Below the pieces are notes generated by a model. It had not been told where the DNA came from and ran no database searches. It saw only the letters and a list, made by a program, of their open reading frames with translations. Made by a program: the position numbers and the translations under genes. Below, piece after piece: positions 58,104 to 64,000 of a DNA stretch of 64,000 nucleotides; position 1 is the stretch's first letter, and the number at the start of each line of letters is the position of its first letter. Origin of the DNA: Candidatus Hydrogenedentota bacterium (lineage in GTDB: Bacteria > Hydrogenedentota > Hydrogenedentia > Hydrogenedentales > JAGMZX01); NCBI GenBank assembly GCA_029556545.1, contig JAKQEQ010000193.1, positions 15,262 to 79,261 on the forward strand, given 5' to 3'.

Positions 58104-58870
58104 GCGTCCTCGTCTCCGTCACGATCCTCCGCCGGCTCGTCTTCGAGGCCGGACCGCGCAAGCCGGCGCAGTTTCCACAGGGCGTAGCGGCTGTAGACGT
58201 GGCCGATGATGATGGCCGCCAACCCATACCCGAATACGGGCACAATCATGTTGAGAATGGTCCACTCGCCGGTGAACCGAATGGGCAGGTCCGTCAAGAG
58301 CAGGACCGCGTGCAGCGCGTAGAGAATGGGCCAGAACCATGCCCAGAAGCCGAGCCCCTGCGCGTAAATCATGTACATGAGGAACGGCGCCATATACAGC
58401 GCCGAGAAGGGTTGCAGGTTTCGCAGCGCGAGGTAATTCAGGCTCACGAGCAGCGCGCCGACGAGATGATAGATCACGAGGCCGCCGCCGAGCGTGGTGA
58501 GCAGCCACGGGCGCGCAGGACCATCGTGATCGTGGTCCTCGGAATAGGATACGTAGCCTTCCTGGCCGTAGAGCCACTGCGTGATCCGGAAAATCAGGTC
58601 GCCGCCCCAGGGCGACAACGAAAACCAGGTCAAGACGATGATCATCAGCCCCATGAACGCGACGGACACGTACACGAGCACGGCATTGTTCGATTGGTAC
58701 GCCATGTTGGTCAGCGCCGCCGTGATCCCGATAACCACCACCATCGCGACAATGAACACCCATTGAACCAGAAACGAAATGGTGCGGCTCTTCGCGTAAC
58801 GACGCGCCCATCGCACGATGAGGCGCGGATCGCCCGCCTGAAAATCCTGGGAAGTGCTGTTGCGGTTCAT
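58100..58870 (-). CDS. hypothetical integral membrane protein co-transcribed with the wHTH regulator
   Basis: Internal ATG 58870. About 6 TM helices and an acidic C-terminus EDEPAEDRDGDEDA. Confidence 0.65.
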   Translation of the reverse strand: MNRNSTSQDFQAGDPRLIVRWARRYAKSRTISFLVQWVFIVAMVVVIGITAALTNMAYQSNNAVLVYVSVAFMGLMIIVLTWFSLSPWGGDLIFRITQWLYGQEGYVSYSEDHDHDGPARPWLLTTLGGGLVIYHLVGALLVSLNYLALRNLQPFSALYMAPFLMYMIYAQGLGFWAWFWPILYALHAVLLLTDLPIRFTGEWTILNMIVPVFGYGLAAIIIGHVYSRYALWKLRRLARSGLEDEPAEDRDGDEDA

Positions 58871-59172
58871 TCGGCCTATGCTCCTCCATCCCCTGCCTTC
58901 CCGCGTTGTAACACACGGCCTAAGGCATGTCAAGACAACAAGATAGCCCAATCCGCCGCGCATCCGGCAAGGCGCGTGCCGCGTGGCATGGGCATCTTGC
59001 CCAAGTCTTGATCACGGGCGGGACGCCCGTGCCGCGCCCGCCTGGGAAGCCCGTCGCCCCCCGGCGTGTTGTTTCAAAGAGTTCATAATGTTAAGATTTC
59101 CATGCGGGCCGGCACACCCCGCGTCATGCTGCATGGTGATATGTCTGGGAAGGAAGAGCGGAACTCGTGCTC

Positions 59173-62100
59173 ATGGATGCCGCATTGCGCCCTAGGAAGG
59201 GGAGCTTCCTGCTGACCGTTCCGGCCGCGGTCTGCCTGCTTCTCGCGGGCATCGCCGCGTCCGGGCAGGAGACCGTCCTCACGCTCCAGCGCGTCGTCGA
59301 AGGCAACGGCACGTACCTGCCGGGCAGCGCGGTGGATTTCACGGTCACGTTCGATAAGTCGGGGCCGGACGACGTCACGCAACTTGGCTTGGAGGAGACG
59401 ATTCCCGACGGTTGGACCTTTGACTCGCTCCAGGCCGGCGCGCTGCCCGAGGTGTCGCCCATGCCGGGCGATTCCGGGACGTTGTCGTTTGCCTATTTTG
59501 CGGTTCCCGCGCTTCCGGCCAGTTTCACGTACCGTCTCAACGCGCCCGCGGACGCGACGGGGCCCCAACAGATTTCCGGAGTGGCGCTCTACGGCACGGG
59601 CGGCCCGCCATTGCAGGCCGACCCGGTCTTGACAACTATCGATGAAGGAACTGCGGGCGAAGGTGAAGGCGAAGGCGAAGGCGAGGGCGAAGGGGAAGGC
59701 GAGGGCGAGGAACTAGTGTTGGCGCGCTTTGTGCCCGCAGGTGAATACAACCCGGGAGGTCGCCTGGACATTCGGGTAACGCTGCTGTACGGTGGCGCGG
59801 AAACGGTGACTTCGCTCGCGCTTGCGGAGACGCTCCCGGCGGGCTGGAGTTTCCATTCCTTGGTCTCCGGGGCTATGCCCCAGTTCGCGCCCGCCGTCGG
59901 CACGACGGGCACGATAGATTTCGGATGGCTATTGATTCCATCCTTTCCCGCAACCTTTACGTATCGCGTGAATGTGCCCTCGGGAGCCGCCGGTACACAG
60001 GTGATCTCAGGTCAGGCGGCCTATCGCACCACGGGCGATGAAATGTTCTCGAACGTCGTGGTCACGGATGTGCCCGAGGGCCCGCCGGCCAGCGAGGGGG
60101 AGGGCGAAGGCGAAGGCGAGGGGGCAGGAAATATGGCCTTGAGCCGCGTCCCTGTGGGCGGTCCAGCGTATAGCCCGGGCGCGGCGGTGGACCTGACAGT
60201 GACGCTGAGCTACGGGCTTGCGGATGCGGTTACCGCGCTCGCGCTCGAAGAAACCCTGCCGGCCGGGTGGACCTTCGATTCCATTACCTCGGGCTCGGGT
60301 GCGAACATCAATCCCGCGGCGGGGTCTTCCGGCACGCTGCAATTCTTGTGGGTCGTGGTGCCCGCTTTTCCGATCACGTTCACCTATCGCGTGAATGCGC
60401 CCGCGGGGGCGACCGGCGATCACACCGTCTCCGGCGTCATCATATACCGTACCACCGGCGACGAATTGCGCACCGACCCCGTGCTCACGGTGCTCGAAGA
60501 GGCGCAAGACCCGAATCTCCTGCCCGTGGCGGTCGAACCGCAGGAACAGGCTTACGCCGGTCAGCCCATCGTCGTGCGCTGGATCGTCACTAACGCGAGC
60601 AACAGCCCCGCGCCCGCAACGTGGCAGGAATGCGCCTACCTGTCCATGGACGACCAGCCGGGAGACGACCTTCTGCTGGGCTGCGTCACGCGCGAACGCG
60701 ACGCCGGTCCCGGCGAAACCTACGAGGTGCGTGCCGAATTCCCCTTGCCAGCGGTCGATGTCGGAGAGTACTGGGTTATCGTCGTTACGGACGACGGCGA
60801 CGCCGTGGCCGAGTCCAATGAGGATGATAACGTTATCGTCTCGGCGCCCATTACGATTGAAACCGTCAATTATGCGGCCACCGTGACGACGTCCGTGACC
60901 AAGGCCGCGGCGGGCACGACTGTGCCGTTGACTGGAGAGGCCCATTTTCTCGCGAGCGGCGCGCCCGCGCCGAACGTACCGGTGGCGGTCGATGTCGAGG
61001 TCCGCGGAATTCATCGCGTCTTTACGGTTCAGACAAACGGCTCCGGACAGTTCAGCCTCACCTTCACGCCGTTGGCCGCCGAGGCGGGTGCATACACCGT
61101 CGGCGCGAAGCACCCCGGCATCGTCGTGACGCCCATACAGGATACATTCACGCTCGCGGGGCTGGCGTTGGACCGGCCCGTGGCCGCCTTCGATCTCGCG
61201 CCCGGAATCCCCGTCGAGGCCGTATTCGAACTCCGCAACCTCGGCGATACGCCTCTCACGGGTCTCTCGGCGAGTGTCGCGGGATCGCCCGCCAACGTGA
61301 CCGTGCACGCCGAGGTGGACCCCGACCTGCCGCCGTTGGGTTCGGGGACGGTAATGGTGACGCTCGATGCGCTGAACGACAGCGTGACCACGGGACAGGC
61401 GACCTTGACCGTCAGTACTTCCGAGGGAGCTACCGTCGCGCAGGAAATTCAGTTCCGTGTCTTGCCGGCAGCGGTCGACTTGCAGGCGGCGCACGTGCCG
61501 TTGCGCGCGGGCGCGGCCGCCGGCGCGCAGACCTTGTACAGCTTTCAACTCACAAACGCCGGCGGCGCAACGGCCGCAGGCTTGACCGTATCCCCACCAG
61601 CATCGTTGCCGTGGGTGCATGTCGTCGCCCCGTCGCGGCCCGTGGACCTGTTCCCCGGCGAGTCGGTCGAAGTGACCGTACAGTGTCTCGCGCCCGCGGG
61701 ACAGCCCACCGGCGTTGTCTCCGGGCAATTGACCTTTCTGTTCAATGAAGGCCAGTCGCGCGTAATGACCCTGCAAATCAGGGTGAGCGCGACGGACGCC
61801 GGTGACCTATATGTCTGGGTCAAAGACGATTTCGGCGCGGTGGCGGACGCCGCAGTGGTGTTGCGCGACCCGTTCACGGGCGGCGAGACGGCAACACAAA
61901 CGACGAGTGCCACGGGAAGCGCCTTTTTCGAGGGCATCGCGGGCGGCCCGTACAACTTCGAAGTGCGCACTCCTGATCATGGCGACTATTACGGTGCAAC
62001 CGAGGTGCGGCGCGGCGCGGCGCGCCACGAGGAAGTCCGGCTCCATCGCGATCTCGTGCAGCAGGAGTGGACCGCTCTCTTGCCCTTCGACGGCGGCGCC

Positions 62101-64000
62101 ATCCACTACGCGGCGGACAACCGGCTTGCGGCGACCCTTGGTCCCGCCCTCGTGATGGACCCGCCCCTGGTCGATTTGCGCGCCATGCGTGACCCGACCA
62201 CGCAAATCGAGATAACGGTGGTGAACCAGGGGCTTGCCTCCGCGCACGGGGTTCGACTCCTGTTGGCCAACCACCCCCGATTCGTCTTTCAGACCCTCAC
62301 AACCGAACTGGGCAGCCTTACCCCCGGCGGCATTGTTCGCGTGCCCGTGCTAGTCACCGATACCGCCTTCGGTCTGGGCGACATCGCCGACGACTGCTCC
62401 GTCGTCGAGCCGTCCGGCGTCATTTACTATTGGGACCAAGACGATGCACCGGATTGGCGGCGCGAGCCGGCGGCCCTGCGCCTCCCCATGGCCGTATGCC
62501 CGGACGCGCCGCCCGCGTTCGGATTGCTCACCATGGACACGGCGGATATGTCGGCGTACACGACCCGCCCCGTGTTCCGCGTCGGGCTCGGCTGCGCACC
62601 GGACTCGGGCGAGGAGACCGTGATCACGCTGACGCGCACGCCCTCGGGCGGCGGCGTCTACACCCCCGGCGGCGCCGTGGACCTTACCATCGAGTTGAGC
62701 GCCACGGGCGGAAAGACGATTACCGGGCTCGGCGTCGAGGAAAACCTCCCGGCGGGATGGACCTTCGATTCCGTCGTCGGCGGTTCATCGCCGCCGCCGT
62801 TGACCTCCCCGGCGGGAACCGAGGGTACACTGGCCTTCGCCTGGATTTTCGTCCCGCCCCGGGACCAATTCCCCATCAACTTCACGTACCGCGTCAACGT
62901 GCCCCCCGGCGCGACGGGCGTGCAGACTGTCTCCGGCGAGGGCATCTATTACACCGACGGCCCCGAATTGCGCACGGGCGTCGTGACGACGGACCTGACG
63001 CCCGTGGGAAAGAGCATGATGACGGCGGCGCGACCAACCGGACGCCTGAAAGCGGATGCGAGCGAAGAGCCGTGTGTCGCGGCGGAATTCCAGGTCGCGG
63101 CAGCGGCGGTATTGCCGGGACGGTCCTTTGAAGCCGCGTTGGCGCTGGCCAATGACGTGCCCGACGAAGACCTCTTGAATGTGCGGATCGACCTGATTGT
63201 TCGCGACGAGGCGGGCGTGAATGTCACCGATCGTTTTACCGTTGCGGTGGACGTCCTGGAAGGCTTGCCCGACCTCGCGGGCGGCGGCGACCTCGAATCC
63301 GGCGCGGACGCGGTGGTGCGGTGGCGCGTCACGCCGCTGGCGGCCGCGGCGGGCGCGAACGTCCGCGCTTACCAGGTCGGTGGGCGGGCGCGCTTCCGCG
63401 TCAGCGGCGTCTCCGTGACGCTGCCGTTCTATCCCGAGGTCCTGTTGGTGCATCCCCAGGCGTCACTGCAAGGAACACTGTTTTTCCCGGACGAAACCTA
63501 CGCGGACGACCCGGCCACCGCCGAGGTCGAGGCGGCGGACCCGTTCGAGGCGGCGCTACTGCTCCGCAACACGGGGGTCGGCAACGCTTACGGCGTGACG
63601 GCCTTCGGCTTGACGCCACAGGTTACGCATATTGACGACGGGCTCTTGCAGCCCTTCGAACTGATCGCGACGTATGCGAACCACGACCCCGTGACAACCG
63701 CCCTCGCCGCCACCCTCGGCAACGTCGCCCCGCAAGCCGCCGCCGCGGCGACCTGGACTCTCGCCGGCGCGTACACCGGCTACATGGGCGGCCTCGATGT
63801 TCTGATCGCGCGGGAAGACCCCGAAGGCCGCGCGTTTGTCGCGCCGCTGAGCATCACACAGACATACAATCTGGTGCGTGTCGTGCGGGCCGACCTGCCC
63901 ACGGACGACGGCGTCCCCGATTTTCTGCTGAATGAAGTGCCGGATGCCGTGCCGGACCTCTTGCACACGAGCACCGGCCAGCAGATATTCGTGTCGAACG
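59173..64000 (+). CDS. giant cell-surface protein (partial, over 1600 aa, continues beyond window): four LPAGWTFDS-type repeat domains, (Glu-Gly)n linkers, a CARDB-like domain, a carboxypeptidase-regulatory-like domain
   Basis: ATG 59173 with signal-like LLTVPAAVCLLLAGIAASG. I verified the frame by hand at eight checkpoints to the window end and saw no stop. It is absent from the ORF track (no stop in window). CARDB signature VIVVTDDGDAVAESNEDDNV; CarboxypepD_reg-like DLYVWVKDDFGAVADAAVVLRD...GPYNFEVRTPDHGDYYG. Confidence 0.8.
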   Translation, partial: MDAALRPRKGSFLLTVPAAVCLLLAGIAASGQETVLTLQRVVEGNGTYLPGSAVDFTVTFDKSGPDDVTQLGLEETIPDGWTFDSLQAGALPEVSPMPGDSGTLSFAYFAVPALPASFTYRLNAPADATGPQQISGVALYGTGGPPLQADPVLTTIDEGTAGEGEGEGEGEGEGEGEGEELVLARFVPAGEYNPGGRLDIRVTLLYGGAETVTSLALAETLPAGWSFHSLVSGAMPQFAPAVGTTGTIDFGWLLIPSFPATFTYRVNVPSGAAGTQVISGQAAYRTTGDEMFSNVVVTDVPEGPPASEGEGEGEGEGAGNMALSRVPVGGPAYSPGAAVDLTVTLSYGLADAVTALALEETLPAGWTFDSITSGSGANINPAAGSSGTLQFLWVVVPAFPITFTYRVNAPAGATGDHTVSGVIIYRTTGDELRTDPVLTVLEEAQDPNLLPVAVEPQEQAYAGQPIVVRWIVTNASNSPAPATWQECAYLSMDDQPGDDLLLGCVTRERDAGPGETYEVRAEFPLPAVDVGEYWVIVVTDDGDAVAESNEDDNVIVSAPITIETVNYAATVTTSVTKAAAGTTVPLTGEAHFLASGAPAPNVPVAVDVEVRGIHRVFTVQTNGSGQFSLTFTPLAAEAGAYTVGAKHPGIVVTPIQDTFTLAGLALDRPVAAFDLAPGIPVEAVFELRNLGDTPLTGLSASVAGSPANVTVHAEVDPDLPPLGSGTVMVTLDALNDSVTTGQATLTVSTSEGATVAQEIQFRVLPAAVDLQAAHVPLRAGAAAGAQTLYSFQLTNAGGATAAGLTVSPPASLPWVHVVAPSRPVDLFPGESVEVTVQCLAPAGQPTGVVSGQLTFLFNEGQSRVMTLQIRVSATDAGDLYVWVKDDFGAVADAAVVLRDPFTGGETATQTTSATGSAFFEGIAGGPYNFEVRTPDHGDYYGATEVRRGAARHEEVRLHRDLVQQEWTALLPFDGGAIHYAADNRLAATLGPALVMDPPLVDLRAMRDPTTQIEITVVNQGLASAHGVRLLLANHPRFVFQTLTTELGSLTPGGIVRVPVLVTDTAFGLGDIADDCSVVEPSGVIYYWDQDDAPDWRREPAALRLPMAVCPDAPPAFGLLTMDTADMSAYTTRPVFRVGLGCAPDSGEETVITLTRTPSGGGVYTPGGAVDLTIELSATGGKTITGLGVEENLPAGWTFDSVVGGSSPPPLTSPAGTEGTLAFAWIFVPPRDQFPINFTYRVNVPPGATGVQTVSGEGIYYTDGPELRTGVVTTDLTPVGKSMMTAARPTGRLKADASEEPCVAAEFQVAAAAVLPGRSFEAALALANDVPDEDLLNVRIDLIVRDEAGVNVTDRFTVAVDVLEGLPDLAGGGDLESGADAVVRWRVTPLAAAAGANVRAYQVGGRARFRVSGVSVTLPFYPEVLLVHPQASLQGTLFFPDETYADDPATAEVEAADPFEAALLLRNTGVGNAYGVTAFGLTPQVTHIDDGLLQPFELIATYANHDPVTTALAATLGNVAPQAAAAATWTLAGAYTGYMGGLDVLIAREDPEGRAFVAPLSITQTYNLVRVVRADLPTDDGVPDFLLNEVPDAVPDLLHTSTGQQIFVSN
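59656..59709 (+). repeat. (GAAGGC)n hexanucleotide microsatellite encoding (Glu-Gly)9; shorter copies at 60094-60126 and (minus strand) 56898-56927
   Basis: ggcgaaggtgaaggcgaaggcgaaggcgagggcgaaggggaaggcgagggcgag. The unit length of 6 keeps the frame on expansion or contraction. Confidence 0.8.

Noticed and set aside
60007-61776. 589-aa minus-strand ORF and other off-frame ORFs across 59000-64000
   Set aside because: They are antisense or out of frame relative to the long plus-frame-1 surface-protein gene. Their composition (Arg/Gly/His runs) is typical of non-coding frames in high-GC DNA.
1-64000. tRNA, rRNA or other RNA genes
   Set aside because: I scanned the intergenic regions for T-arm-like GGTTCGAATCC motifs and cloverleaf-sized palindromes. 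None were found outside coding regions; the only GTTCGAA-like match is inside the XRE gene.

Overview
The window is 64 kb of high-GC (about two thirds G+C) bacterial chromosome. It is densely coding on both strands with short intergenic gaps. I found no rRNA, tRNA or CRISPR array. I call about 50 protein-coding genes; many starts were re-chosen at internal ATG/GTG codons because the longest-ORF starts in the track are inflated by GC bias.

Gene content in order:
- a large anchored hypothetical protein
- a RelE/ParE plus RHH toxin-antitoxin pair with its own promoter and operator
- a three-gene signalling cluster: a REC-first hybrid histidine kinase, a REC protein with a degenerate GGDEF domain (GGGHF), and a 7TM multi-PAS histidine kinase
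- a sugar-phosphate isomerase, two Gfo/Idh/MocA oxidoreductases (one with a Tat signal), and a membrane TPR protein
- a stand-alone HD-domain gene coupled to a CHAD-domain gene, next to an XRE regulator
- a conserved purM-purSL-purQ operon interrupted by an orphan hicB-like gene
- a block of secreted proteins including a metzincin
- a glycan-biosynthesis block: nucleotidyltransferase, PMT-like membrane protein, GT4 glycosyltransferase, amidohydrolase
- a sensor with GAF and PAS domains but no output domain
- a carbohydrate and sulfate block: beta-propeller secreted protein, MFS sugar porter, URO-D-like protein, sulfatase with a Tat signal, CysQ-like phosphatase
- core genes bamD, lptE and holA
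- a cell-surface block: a tail-fibre-like repeat protein, a protein with dockerin-like repeats, a winged-HTH regulator coupled to a membrane protein, and a giant surface protein of more than 1600 aa.

The giant surface protein ORF (59173 to the window end) is absent from the supplied ORF track because it has no stop codon inside the window.

Most interesting non-genic signals:
- a roughly 30-bp repeat present as an inverted pair that brackets an AbrB-type antitoxin gene and cuts the cognate PIN (vapC) gene after 25 codons; a third copy sits in-frame inside the TPR membrane protein gene
- a 770-bp lower-GC, hairpin-rich non-coding island that ends in a perfect 28-bp inverted repeat with nested palindromes
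- a 9-bp tandem repeat array between two convergent genes
- (GAAGGC)n microsatellites that encode (Glu-Gly)n linkers in two surface proteins.

The lineage is uncertain. Abundant sulfatase, Gfo/Idh/MocA, dockerin-like and giant-adhesin content plus high GC fits a PVC-superphylum-like Gram-negative organism, but that is inference only.
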